Positions 47,501-56,023 of a stretch of DNA of 56,024 bases are shown piece by piece (positions within the stretch are counted from its first letter, which is position 1; the number at the start of each line of letters is the position of its first letter). The notes under the pieces are model-generated. The model saw nothing but the letters and a program-made list of their open reading frames with translations. It did no database searches and was not told the origin of the DNA. Location of the stretch: IMG/VR virus record IMGVR_UViG_3300005662_000052, positions 1 to 56,024 of that record. One strand, written 5' to 3'. Position numbers and translations under genes: made by a program. This stretch comes from a virus. Lineage: Duplodnaviria; Caudoviricetes.

Positions 47501-48019
47501 AAATAACGCTCTTCCTTTAACATCTATTAATTTTATAACCACAGTAGGCATAAAAGATGTATTTTGTCTAACATTAATTGATTGGATTCCTAAAAGTCCG
47601 TTATCAACCACCCCAGGTTTGCCGTTTGTATATGTTTGTTGCGTAACAAATTTGTCGTTTTTGTTAAATGGATTTATAACAGTATTTAGTTTTACTTGAT
47701 TAACTCCTTTTCCTTCTAACGAACCTTTTCCTGTTACCTCATCTGTCCATTGATTATCTAAAAATTGTTTATTACCTGGTTTTAAAAAATTTATACTAGC
47801 GATAGATACCGTCTTTATTGAGTCATTATTTGCAACCCCTAAAGCCAATTTAGTTCTAGGTAATAATGAACATTCAAGATTGGCGTACATTACCATATCT
47901 TCTTGTTTAACCACCCTCTCTTTCGCCTTCCCGTTATCATCAATGACTTTGTTTGGGTCGACAATACTAATGTTGTTATAGTCAAACTCAACTAGAATGT
48001 TTTCGTTGTTACCTACCAT
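41600..48019 (-). CDS. very large baseplate hub protein (gp27/gpD/VgrG-like) with a possible degenerate muramidase-like C-terminus
   Basis: N-terminal LGIQSINV..F.P.V.I.L.DVKG and C-terminal SYTCSLTMMGNALIQPTMYFNL..FSGPYMILEVNHTI; follows the LysM gene as in contractile-tail operons. Confidence 0.7.
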   Translation of the reverse strand: MVGNNENILVEFDYNNISIVDPNKVIDDNGKAKERVVKQEDMVMYANLECSLLPRTKLALGVANNDSIKTVSIASINFLKPGNKQFLDNQWTDEVTGKGSLEGKGVNQVKLNTVINPFNKNDKFVTQQTYTNGKPGVVDNGLLGIQSINVRQNTSFMPTVVIKLIDVKGRALFEGADNSPYAAFFNLPYPMFYLTLKGYYGKAVRLTLMLQNFTSSYNYSTTNFEITLTFYSYKFTLLSEVSMGALLAVPHMFKSSLSVETKQGTPSQYTPVKDSVVAKGYQKIKEVYSEYKTKGLIPDDFPELTIIQLKNRIDNFIKSIFESLSQENTYPLTKMKEYQDTISDYKKEVYTAVNDSWFKRNIDTENYFIYNTGLNQKIKIYPLKNTIPNSTTAINELNDLITKFNNKLNLNETVGSNGSYKIGNKTFSSTIDCNIRLSTFQVQVTDFDTDIDIKETYISRKKLKTIPDDNDPDFMKFKSDQKLENKFNIGETKKVDGELVKVQYWFKFDNENVGLTIGPKVVDFNNSVLKPNTTFVEKLSALSKQLKDHRKKIEDDLTNALYDLLQSKDSGIGFVPNIRNILSVFFASAEAFIRLLDETSKNAWLLNENKTIRKYRRDAIFNSETAIASPDNLTPGVDGDQPIYPWPQFIVATANEKGKEKYEIRYPGDITFQSQIKSNDPDAWPEVEFVEEFISALVEKDNLPSGGDLVSNEGLDIKRISLNVIEFPIENNIYSNKEEVKYFFEIYERIQFITTVSKLSRVVNSLPDTDKIIDLISESETENMLNSLSSSDPYIIKKLTEYGFNANNFLEAIRHFSNEGVGQSWQNHIRGVYNTTYIKNKSVDNGFLIYSKNILENSKTSPMVSLLKESDLSNYIGNSVTSNFIDFTDIYPFTNQKWIIENLSDSSTAPNSILAFNTNKVLSFNQNRKIICNFVDNADSYNRRPISNFNYINYDFPKSNGNQLATFNLKDFYKNRTNDKQLPSEGNVIYSGYVNQLNYIQTTSIFNTPYFINSIQEGISNFRNYSPYPFVSSAYYFINSLPLSTLREKYKTYENGSVTDLDYIFATIKKFGAVHKVPYAWILKFGSIWHRYKKYVETGNDILNTSWTGFSYVNNYDPITNNPSKTYTFINKSALTEFTLQKTTYNGPEEYNTINLGFYPKLIDDFNVFLQGFQVYGNYTSADIELGFSSGITLNYSQSSIIDSPKGFDPINNQRQMRIVPWSLAINDYKDNTNLFVLPSHGSLINQTLNECFDINSIPNKLKNEVIGNTAMYNGSVRLFWAAPNYGFFDDELLYKPAPFEYMKKVFSREKNQENFSIRYYGEYTPISEMFSVFEKGVLDKFESIFLDFSKSIYDFKDPISQNDKYDGNIQDSPSENTFKNFQGLMREMMKVTKQTYLNGDDFVKKIQSVQLDNVMQKISGFLNYDVVFKYGNPSSFDTRLFKTFANQNIVDPYTWEAYTVLTPNALPSQTGVTTLAQSVNNYPDEWKALQVHIGFSEIDELKYKTNGSYITDFFIDLNIAFTVNNIKNFAPIIKLYATHKLKNKKIIFDELLRQYFDSLDSFSNKILNSLFIKLQTKLPKTTITSDRRQVSVISGGQQTKSEIYQSFKALNDKWIAGNDFENKTLFEDVLLMDRASRNIGEKVLVDISKLQTMLSKPNTTTSVLTYVQSILIDNHFLVMNLPSYVNFYNVQDAVKNPIPRSEGTLEFANTLFGTHMNVDYRESSAKMVCFYAGKPGENLDLKDNVDFRYRTDAFDLRRAGDVLSDDLVDKKDWALSNKVVGFNVDIGPQNQQIFVGFDVAQTVGKATTESIEIITQMGNVNNSRGGSTQSISLYNLYKNRSYTCSLTMMGNALIQPTMYFNLRHVPMFSGPYMILEVNHTISQGSFMTYIKGSRQSIAQLSFVDDYLQSLKANIISSVIAKAEKKNKEKDSSTTGNTTNSQQQTDISKTLDGTSTTSVSANINACIENLDPKYSKYINQDTGFVSISFSDMKRIINQKTIGFDSKLGYTIFAKFYLSSFRNNTLNAYGNNYAYVTLDEYWSNGEQFFVKDNYYCSNKLKKPTAIFESPEKLVDFFVSRWKNKMSLVQLNEKSISKFVFLNSSPTTKDNNIYDGLSSESKSNFEGRTKNAINIFEQTIV

Positions 48020-48335
48020 AATAGAAAAAATGATTATTTAATTCGTTGTTATAATCTTGTAAAGAAGCTACTAAAGGAAATGGAATTGTCAATATTGAAC
48101 CGTCAGGTATATTCCATTCTTGTCCACCGTATTTGGGATTTGCCATTAATATTAACCATCCAAATGTCCCAGAACCATAATATTGTTGGGATATTTTATC
48201 CATTCTACTTTGCCCCACTTTATAAACAAACCTTTTGTCTGTTGTTTTTGAGGGTAAGTTAATATACGGGACAACTGTTTGGTTTCCGTTTATTACGAAT
48301 TGTGAATATCTATTATATGATTGTCTTGTTGCCAT
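48009..48335 (-). CDS. LysM-like baseplate protein (T4 gp53/P2 gpX-like)
   Basis: YKVGQSRMDKISQQYYG...WLILMANP...IPDGSILTIP. Confidence 0.82.
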   Translation of the reverse strand: MATRQSYNRYSQFVINGNQTVVPYINLPSKTTDKRFVYKVGQSRMDKISQQYYGSGTFGWLILMANPKYGGQEWNIPDGSILTIPFPLVASLQDYNNELNNHFFYYGR

Positions 48336-51300
48336 TAGTCAAATTTTATCTTGCCATCAAAGGTTTTATTGTCAGTATTTGGATTTACCGTTGAATATAA
48401 ATCTTTAAAGATTTTAAAGTTAGGTTCGGTTTGAGAACCTTTCACACTTTGATATTTCAACTTTCTAAATTTTTCTTTTCGTTTTTTAAACATCTTATCT
48501 TCAATATCCTTAGTGAATTTTCTATATTTTGAACTATCTTTAAATTTACTAAATTTAGATTCTTCTTTATCTAATTCTTTATTATATTCTGAAATTAACT
48601 TATCGGTTATTTTACTAAATTCTAATTGTAAGTCAACCGGTGTTTTAATTTCAATTAATTGCCCTGATATTATTTTTGATTTAAAAAATGTTAGATTGTT
48701 AGAGTTACTTAGTTTTCTAGAAACAATCATAAAGAAAACTTTTTCGGGCGTTGTTCCTGCATATCCACCAACAAAATTAGTTTTAACAGGTTTAAAATTT
48801 CCCGGTACATTATAAAAGTTAGTTAATATATCCTCAGTTTTTATTAATTCGTTAAACTCTATCATTGTTTTTTCAAACTCGTAAGCATCATCGATTAATG
48901 TTTTGTAATTATCATTCCCATCAACAGGTTCTTCTGATAAAGTATAAATTTGAGGGTTACCGCTATCAAGTATTTTACCATCAAACTTGGTATTAATGAT
49001 TCCAACCTTTCTAATTACTTGTACAAACTCTTGTTCTTGATTAACAATTTCTTGTAGTGTTGTAAAAATATCATTACTAATTTCAGATTCTATAGATTTT
49101 ACATAGTTTGTTAAATTTCTCTTAATATCTCTAAGATAGATTTGAACTCCTGATAGTTTTTTAAACTCAAAAATCAAAGGGTTTGTTTCATTATCTATTT
49201 GAGTATAAGCAGTCTTAAATAATTCATCGATTCTTTTTTGCACTTCTTCAGCTTTACCCCAAATTTCAACCCCCAATTTAACATTATTGTTAATTAGCAA
49301 ATGACCTTTATCGTATAATCTTTTCTGATTAACTAATTGTAACATACCATAATTTGTTGTTAAGACTATCTTTTCCATTTGATTGATTAGATTAGTATAA
49401 TAATTACTTGTTGTATCAACCAATTTGTCCATAATTGTTTTATACGAAATTAAACCTTCAGTTCCGTCAGCGGTATTAACTGTTGTTAATATTTGACCAA
49501 TAGTGTCTCCACCATTATTCTCAGGTTTATTATCTATATTTTGTTCGGTCGCCGGAGTTTCCTTATTTTCAATCGCATCTAACACTTCTTTATCTAAGGT
49601 GGATGTATCTTCCGTTGCCACCGCTCTTTCATCATAAATTTCGGTATTGGCATAATAATTAAAAGATAACGCATTTTGAAGTTGTTCGACAGGTTTTGCC
49701 AATCCATGTCCTCCAATCATTTTGAATCCCATATTTACGGTCACAATCATTGGTTGTACCCCAATACCTTCAGGATTCATATCAAAAACTAACGGTTCGT
49801 AGCTGAAAGATAATGTTTCTGGAATAATTTTTGTGTGATAAAAATCACCAATTCTTAAAATTAATACGGGTGGTGCCCCAAAAGACGTATTTAAAGCGTC
49901 ATTATATTTTGGATTACCATTGCTATCAATAACCGGGATAGTTTCACCAGGTCTAACACACTGATTTAAGAAATTTAATCTCGCATTTAATCCTTCCGGT
50001 GTCATTGAGTGAAAAGCCGGATTAAAATATTTTATTTTTTCTTTAATCGAGTCGTAAATAAATGGTGTGTTTTTTTCCAACATTGTAAAATAATCACACT
50101 CAGTTAAAAGATTTCTTAAAACTATTTTAGAAATACCTTCTTTTTTTGTTGTTTGAAAACTTTTTTGTGGTTCAGGTTTTTTTGGTACTATAGTTTGTTT
50201 AGTAACAGTTTTTCTGTCAGGAACTTCAGGGTTTTGAGTATTAGTCTGAGGTTTAACATCTTTTTTAGGGTTTGGTGTAAATTCTATCCCAACAATAGAT
50301 ACTCTTCTACACGCCATAGAGTCTGTTGAGTACACATTTCCTCTAGTTTCGCCGTTATTTCCAGCTACAACTTTTTGACTACAAGTTACGGTGTCTCCTT
50401 TAGTATTACCTTTTGTTACTGGTGTTGCGTTTTGTCTATTTCCTTGAGAATCTTCTTTAATTATAACTTTCTTATTGTCAAAATAAGTTTTTAAACTAAT
50501 ATTCCCATTAAAAGTTTTATTGGAATAAAAATTTCTAACCGACTCAATTCTTCTTGTTGACAAATCATCATTATAACTTTCCTTTCCAGCAGCAGACGCA
50601 GAACCCGCCATACTAATAACTACAGTGCCTAAGTCGTCTTTTAATATATTATATAAATCGTTAACAAAATCAGTAGTTAAATACGAATAATTACCCTCAA
50701 CGTAGGTTGAAAAAAATTGTCCAACATTTTTATTTCTTTTACAATAATTTTCTTTATTACCCTTACAATTAGGTAAATTACTATCAAAAATTTCATTAGC
50801 AATTCTTTCATATTTGGGTTTTTGACTAACGTATTTATTGTATGTCGTTTCGTAAGATTCAGGATTTGATGATGTAGGGACATCATTTTCAAAATAAAAC
50901 GAATAATCTTTATAATTAGTTTTAAAATCGGCAACTTGTTTGTCTTGATTTACTTTTTGGGTATCGACATTTGCCTGCCCATCTTTAGTATTACCTCCCG
51001 TATTATCAATTTCTATATTTTTAGTTACCAACAAAAGTTCTTCAGGGGTTAATTTTGGATTGTTTAATATTTCTTGTATTTGATATAGAGTACTTGGTTT
51101 AAGTCTATTGAACTGTTTACCCAATTTGTAAATATCGAATTTTGTGCATCCCGCAAAGAAAGAATCTAAAATTGAATTTATTTTTGCCTTATCTTTAACA
51201 TCCTTTAGTTGTTGTTCAACAATTACATTTAATACTGATGGGTGGTCAACAATAATTTTCCAAGACAATGTTCCACTTCTTGTAGTACTTTTATATGTAT

Positions 51301-53341
51301 ATATAGGTTCAGGTCTTCCCATAAAGTCGGTGGGTGTCCAAGACGCCGAACTAGAGTCTCCAAATTTAATTTCATAAGGAGGAAACCACATTACTCTACC
51401 TCCGTTTGGGCCTTTTTCGCAATCAGGTAATTCATCATATGTAAATCCAGGTCTACTTGATGTTCTCCACGCCAAGTTTTCGATTGAAAACATATATTTT
51501 TTTGCAACTGTAACATTTTTACTGTTTGGTTTTATATTTGTTGAGTTAGGACCTTTTAATGGTGCAATATTCAAATTAAAAGTGTTATCTAAAACTGAAT
51601 TTGTAAATCTTCTTCCCTCTGTTGTTATACCATCAACTTTTTGTAAATCATTAAATGTATAATAAGGAGTGTCTTTAGCAAAAACCCTACAATATTCTAT
51701 ACCTTGTTCAACACCTGTAGTAAAATCTTTATAAGACACTACTCTTGAACCTTTAGTTATTTCTTTGTATCCATCATTAAACACTTTGCTAACCTGATTA
51801 ATTGCGTTACCAACGTGTTTTAATCTATTTATTCCTGTAACATTATCAGCAGAATCGATTAGTCTTTGTGTTTGGTCTAATATTGACGAATCTTTAAAGT
51901 CGACAAGTATTGATTCACTTTTTTCGTAAGTACTTGATATTAAATTATAATCAGAATCTATACTACCAATATTACCTCCTGGGGTTGCTTTATATCCGGC
52001 GGCTCCCGCTCTCTTAGGAGAAACCCAAACAAAATTACCTTCTATTCCTCCACCATCATTTAATGTTTTTCCCGCCAATCCAAACTTTAAAACATCCAAA
52101 TTACCTTCGTAAAGATTTGCTAATTCACTTGGCCCATAAACAGGCGCTAAAACTTGTTTACCTTGTGAGTTTACGGGTATTTGATTTGGTGGTGACGTTA
52201 TATAAAAAGGGTCGTTATTTTTACTCCCAACATAATATTCGCCGGCAACAGTTCCGTTGTTCGGATTGATTAATGATTCGGCTAAACTAACCAATCTTTC
52301 GGACGATAATATCCCTCCATAATTTTTATCATACGCCGGTTGATACCTATTTAAATTTAGATTAACAAACAACGCCGACCTTTGTCCGTTACCTGTGTTT
52401 GCTAAAAAAATTTGTGACGGATTTCTAATAGTATTAAGAATTGGGCCTAAAAATCCTCCCGTTAAACGATTAATAACGTTTAATGCGTTACTTTTTTGTT
52501 GTGTTGGTATTGAATTATTTTCATTCTCAATAAAATAGTCACCGGGTATTGGTGAAGCCGTGGTATAAACTCCGGCAAGTCTTGACAAGAATTCTTGGGT
52601 AGTTAATAATGGATTTTCGGGTAATGTGATTCTCCAATTTTTTTGATTGGCCAATTGTTGTCCCGCAGCAATTTGTGTTAAACTAAAACTATCCGATAAA
52701 GAATCAAAATTAGTCGCGTTTTGTAACATTTTTGCCTGTGCGGATAATCTTTCCTCTAAAGCCTTCTTTAAGTTTTGAGCTCCTAATTTTGCTAAATACG
52801 AGTCTTGACTTAAACTACCGTTAGAACCGGTCGGATTTTGAGACATTAAAATCTCATAGGGTCTGTACGATGACGGATTAAAAGATGATGGTGCCCAGTA
52901 TGGTAAATAAATTTTATCGTTATTCTGTAAATTATCAATTGTTACCATGTCCAAATACCCTCCTTCGGGAAGATATTTGTTCTCTACTTGAATAACATCA
53001 ATAGAATATTCATTAATAACGTCTAATTTCGTTTCTGATGGGTCATATTCTCCTTGATTTGGAATTACGGGATATGGTGCTCCGTTATATGTTGTATTAG
53101 TATAATTACCACCTTGTGTTCCGTATCTATTTAACACATATAAATCGGTTAAATATGGTGGATTTTTAATTAATCTATCGGGAGAATCTATAACATTATA
53201 GTCGCTTAGTTGCGTTTCATAGGAAGTATTTGAAGTATTTGGACTAAACACCCCATCAACTTTATATGGTTTAAGATTTTTAGTAATTAATCTATTCCTA
53301 AAATAGTCCGTTGATATATATGAAAGTGTACTATCAGACAT
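48335..53341 (-). CDS. large baseplate/tube-initiator-like protein (gp48/gp54-like segments) with an inserted OmpA-like domain
   Basis: WFPPY...W..TDFMGRPEPIYTYKSTTRSGTLSW and APPVLILRIGDFY..KII flank GSAS..G...YNDDLSTRRIESV...RRVSI; TATTTAT at 53364-53358. Confidence 0.7.
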   Translation of the reverse strand: MSDSTLSYISTDYFRNRLITKNLKPYKVDGVFSPNTSNTSYETQLSDYNVIDSPDRLIKNPPYLTDLYVLNRYGTQGGNYTNTTYNGAPYPVIPNQGEYDPSETKLDVINEYSIDVIQVENKYLPEGGYLDMVTIDNLQNNDKIYLPYWAPSSFNPSSYRPYEILMSQNPTGSNGSLSQDSYLAKLGAQNLKKALEERLSAQAKMLQNATNFDSLSDSFSLTQIAAGQQLANQKNWRITLPENPLLTTQEFLSRLAGVYTTASPIPGDYFIENENNSIPTQQKSNALNVINRLTGGFLGPILNTIRNPSQIFLANTGNGQRSALFVNLNLNRYQPAYDKNYGGILSSERLVSLAESLINPNNGTVAGEYYVGSKNNDPFYITSPPNQIPVNSQGKQVLAPVYGPSELANLYEGNLDVLKFGLAGKTLNDGGGIEGNFVWVSPKRAGAAGYKATPGGNIGSIDSDYNLISSTYEKSESILVDFKDSSILDQTQRLIDSADNVTGINRLKHVGNAINQVSKVFNDGYKEITKGSRVVSYKDFTTGVEQGIEYCRVFAKDTPYYTFNDLQKVDGITTEGRRFTNSVLDNTFNLNIAPLKGPNSTNIKPNSKNVTVAKKYMFSIENLAWRTSSRPGFTYDELPDCEKGPNGGRVMWFPPYEIKFGDSSSASWTPTDFMGRPEPIYTYKSTTRSGTLSWKIIVDHPSVLNVIVEQQLKDVKDKAKINSILDSFFAGCTKFDIYKLGKQFNRLKPSTLYQIQEILNNPKLTPEELLLVTKNIEIDNTGGNTKDGQANVDTQKVNQDKQVADFKTNYKDYSFYFENDVPTSSNPESYETTYNKYVSQKPKYERIANEIFDSNLPNCKGNKENYCKRNKNVGQFFSTYVEGNYSYLTTDFVNDLYNILKDDLGTVVISMAGSASAAGKESYNDDLSTRRIESVRNFYSNKTFNGNISLKTYFDNKKVIIKEDSQGNRQNATPVTKGNTKGDTVTCSQKVVAGNNGETRGNVYSTDSMACRRVSIVGIEFTPNPKKDVKPQTNTQNPEVPDRKTVTKQTIVPKKPEPQKSFQTTKKEGISKIVLRNLLTECDYFTMLEKNTPFIYDSIKEKIKYFNPAFHSMTPEGLNARLNFLNQCVRPGETIPVIDSNGNPKYNDALNTSFGAPPVLILRIGDFYHTKIIPETLSFSYEPLVFDMNPEGIGVQPMIVTVNMGFKMIGGHGLAKPVEQLQNALSFNYYANTEIYDERAVATEDTSTLDKEVLDAIENKETPATEQNIDNKPENNGGDTIGQILTTVNTADGTEGLISYKTIMDKLVDTTSNYYTNLINQMEKIVLTTNYGMLQLVNQKRLYDKGHLLINNNVKLGVEIWGKAEEVQKRIDELFKTAYTQIDNETNPLIFEFKKLSGVQIYLRDIKRNLTNYVKSIESEISNDIFTTLQEIVNQEQEFVQVIRKVGIINTKFDGKILDSGNPQIYTLSEEPVDGNDNYKTLIDDAYEFEKTMIEFNELIKTEDILTNFYNVPGNFKPVKTNFVGGYAGTTPEKVFFMIVSRKLSNSNNLTFFKSKIISGQLIEIKTPVDLQLEFSKITDKLISEYNKELDKEESKFSKFKDSSKYRKFTKDIEDKMFKKRKEKFRKLKYQSVKGSQTEPNFKIFKDLYSTVNPNTDNKTFDGKIKFD

Positions 53342-53394
53342 AATTTATTAGTTTATTATAAATAGATTTGTTAACTATTTTTTTTAGTTTTTTT

Positions 53395-55386
53395 TTAACT
53401 ATATCCAAAACGAGAGTTTTCAGGTTGTATTGTTTGCTGTCCAATACCATAACCACCTTGTTCCATTTTAATATTTTGAATTATACTTTGAATTACCGAT
53501 TGGTCGCTAATAGATTTTGTTAAAATTCTTGCAATATCTTCCTCATTTAAGTTTGGTGGTAAATTACTAAAATCGTGACTCATTTTAACATTTATGTCTG
53601 ATGTTGTTTTTTCAGGGTTTGTGGTTTTTTTATTGTTTAACGCAATATTATTTGGTTCATATTTGTCAATAATGATGTCAGATATGTCTTTTTCCATAAT
53701 ATCATTCATCACTACACGTTCTTTTTCAACTTTTAAATCATTATAATTAGGTAATTTTGTATTGCTTACAGTTTCGTTTGTTTTTACCCCTTTTGATGCC
53801 GTTGTTTCGGTGATAAAGGTCTCAACACTCTTTAAGATTTCATAAAATACATTTTTATTTTCTTTTAATTTATCTAATTCTTTGTTAATATCATCAAGAG
53901 TGTCTTTAACATTATTCTCCATATTTGTTTTAAAAGTATTAAAAAGGTCAGTTCCATTTTTTACGAATTCTTCGAAAGTAGTTTTTCCTTCCAAAATTTC
54001 GGTTATAGAACCAAGACCTTTTTCATATATTTGGTCAAAAGTATTTGATTGTTGTTCGGTTGTTTTACCTAACGGATTTATGGTTTTAGTCCCCTCGATA
54101 ACCGATTTACTAGTCGCCTTTGCCGCGTCTAATATGTCGGTTCCTAATTGAGAACCTCCAAGAGAATACCCTGTTTGCGCAATTGTTTTCATATAACCTT
54201 TAATCTCGTCTAAAGTACTTAATTGGTCTTTTGCCAAATCTTCCATCGATTTTGGTTTTTGGTCTTCCATAAACTTATTAAATAACTTTTGACCTTCTTC
54301 GGTTTGTGAGTTTGCGGATTCTGCCAATTTTTTAACCCCCTCATCTAATCCGTAAACTTTTCCATTAATTTTTAATTCGTATTCACCCTTATTATTCATT
54401 TCGGCCATATTGGCAATGAATTTTTGTTGGTCATCACTAAAAGCGTTGTCTGGGAACTTTATCTTACTCATCTTATCTTCAAACTCCGCTCCTGATAACG
54501 CCATGTTAGTTAATGTTTCATACGGTATTTGTAATTCTTTCGCAATTTCTCTCAATCTTAATTTACCCTCTTTAAATAACTCAAATTTACCTTGCTCATT
54601 CATAAAGACAAATTGTTTTGTCATTTGAGCGATTTGATTTTGTAATTCTGTTGGGTCGTTTTGAGCTAAATCCATTAACCTCAACGGGTCTAATAAATCT
54701 CCTTGAGCAACACCTAACCTTTGCATTGCCGCCGCCATCTCAATCGCTTTTTCAGGTTCAAATAATTTTTCAGCGAAACTTAAGGTTTGTTTCATATCAA
54801 CTCTTAAATTAACCGCTTGTGCGGCCATCTTCGCTAATCCTTCTACTCCTCCTTGAAAGTTGAATTCATTCATTCTTTTTAAGTTGTCCACCGCCATTGA
54901 GGAGACCGCTTGAGCACTAACCCCAATTGATTTGGCTGCCGATACAACGGTTTCCATTTCTTTACCGACCATTGAAGCTGAGACACCAATATCTTTAAAG
55001 TTTCCTGACATTTTACCAACCTCAATTCCAGCGACTTTAGAAGTCGCATATAACGATTTAACGGTTTCGTTACTCATTAAGGTATTTCTACCCAAATCAC
55101 TAGATACCGCTTGTTGTATTTTATATACATCATCCCATTCTCCACCCAATAACATTACATCCGTTATTGATTCGCTAATAGCTTTGTTGATATTAACAAT
55201 ATTATCCCTACCGTAACCAAATTGTTTTATTAATTTAGATGCTGCCTCATCTAAATCCAATAATTGACTTTCAATAGTTTCGGGATTAAACGCTTTTGCA
55301 AGTTCATCTTGTAGGGCTTTGGAATATTTACCAACGGCCTTAAACATGGTATCAAACGCATTATTTTCATCTTTTTTTGGCGGCAT
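53395..55386 (-). CDS. tape-measure-like protein
   Basis: Helical Ala/Met/Lys-rich sequence, located between the tail chaperone and baseplate genes; TATTTAT at 55410-55404. Confidence 0.62.
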   Translation of the reverse strand: MPPKKDENNAFDTMFKAVGKYSKALQDELAKAFNPETIESQLLDLDEAASKLIKQFGYGRDNIVNINKAISESITDVMLLGGEWDDVYKIQQAVSSDLGRNTLMSNETVKSLYATSKVAGIEVGKMSGNFKDIGVSASMVGKEMETVVSAAKSIGVSAQAVSSMAVDNLKRMNEFNFQGGVEGLAKMAAQAVNLRVDMKQTLSFAEKLFEPEKAIEMAAAMQRLGVAQGDLLDPLRLMDLAQNDPTELQNQIAQMTKQFVFMNEQGKFELFKEGKLRLREIAKELQIPYETLTNMALSGAEFEDKMSKIKFPDNAFSDDQQKFIANMAEMNNKGEYELKINGKVYGLDEGVKKLAESANSQTEEGQKLFNKFMEDQKPKSMEDLAKDQLSTLDEIKGYMKTIAQTGYSLGGSQLGTDILDAAKATSKSVIEGTKTINPLGKTTEQQSNTFDQIYEKGLGSITEILEGKTTFEEFVKNGTDLFNTFKTNMENNVKDTLDDINKELDKLKENKNVFYEILKSVETFITETTASKGVKTNETVSNTKLPNYNDLKVEKERVVMNDIMEKDISDIIIDKYEPNNIALNNKKTTNPEKTTSDINVKMSHDFSNLPPNLNEEDIARILTKSISDQSVIQSIIQNIKMEQGGYGIGQQTIQPENSRFGYS

Positions 55387-55419
55387 ATATAAAACTTTTA
55401 TTAATAAATATTAGAATTA

Positions 55420-55578
55420 TTAATTTGATGTATTTAATTCTATGACTTTATTAATGAGATATTTTCTAGTGTAGGTTGGCATAGACATAAAGTCTTGATA
55501 CGAGGTTCTTAAAAACTTCGCTAAAAGGTAGTATTCATCGATGATATGTTTTCTATACTCAGAAGAAAGGCCGAAAAA
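55420..55578 (-). CDS. 52-codon frame, probable frameshift extension of the tail assembly chaperone (gpGT/gp51-like)
   Basis: FFGLSSEYRKHIIDEYYLLAKFLRTSYQDFMSMPTYTRKYLINKVIELNTSN*; overlaps the chaperone end at a T6 run; no early ATG. Confidence 0.6.
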   Translation of the reverse strand, partial: FFGLSSEYRKHIIDEYYLLAKFLRTSYQDFMSMPTYTRKYLINKVIELNTSN

Positions 55579-56023
55579 ATTCCACCCCAAAGGTAATGTC
55601 GGTTTTTACCATTTCTCCTGATGGGGCTAAAATATCTTTTGTTAAGTCTAATGAAGGTACGTTTTCTTTTAAGAATGATTTAATAAATTTGGAATCACCA
55701 ATTGGTAGGTTGTCAACGAATTTTATGATGTTTCCTTTGTCGGTATCTCCGTTTAATTCCACAATTTGTCTTGATAATCTCCAAGTTATTTTTGGAGCAA
55801 TTCTACCCGCAGGGTATTGTTGTGACATATTTTCAATGTCCAATATATCAAAATATGTTAACGGTTTTAATTTAACCGTTACATTAGTTCTAGGTAGAGT
55901 TACAGTAAACAAACCGTTTTCATCTGGTTTGTTCTCGGTTCTTTTAATATTTATCTCATCTAACAATATTGATGATTTAAATATTTTATCTGTTTTTGGG
56001 TCAATTAAAGATACATTATATTC
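55559..56023 (-). CDS. tail/baseplate assembly chaperone (T4 gp26-like), 5' end beyond the window
   Basis: Frame is open to the window edge (EYNVSLIDPKTDKIFKSSILLDE...); LP....VKLKPLT, I.KFVDNLPIGDS, ends FFRPFF. Confidence 0.72.
   Translation of the reverse strand, partial: EYNVSLIDPKTDKIFKSSILLDEINIKRTENKPDENGLFTVTLPRTNVTVKLKPLTYFDILDIENMSQQYPAGRIAPKITWRLSRQIVELNGDTDKGNIIKFVDNLPIGDSKFIKSFLKENVPSLDLTKDILAPSGEMVKTDITFGVEFFRPFF

Noticed and set aside
884-55216. Many short ORFs antisense to or nested within long genes (e.g. 1084..1323, 11873..12199, 40834..41274, 46191..46652)
   Set aside because: Shadow frames of real CDSs or of low-complexity repeats; no independent promoter or motif support
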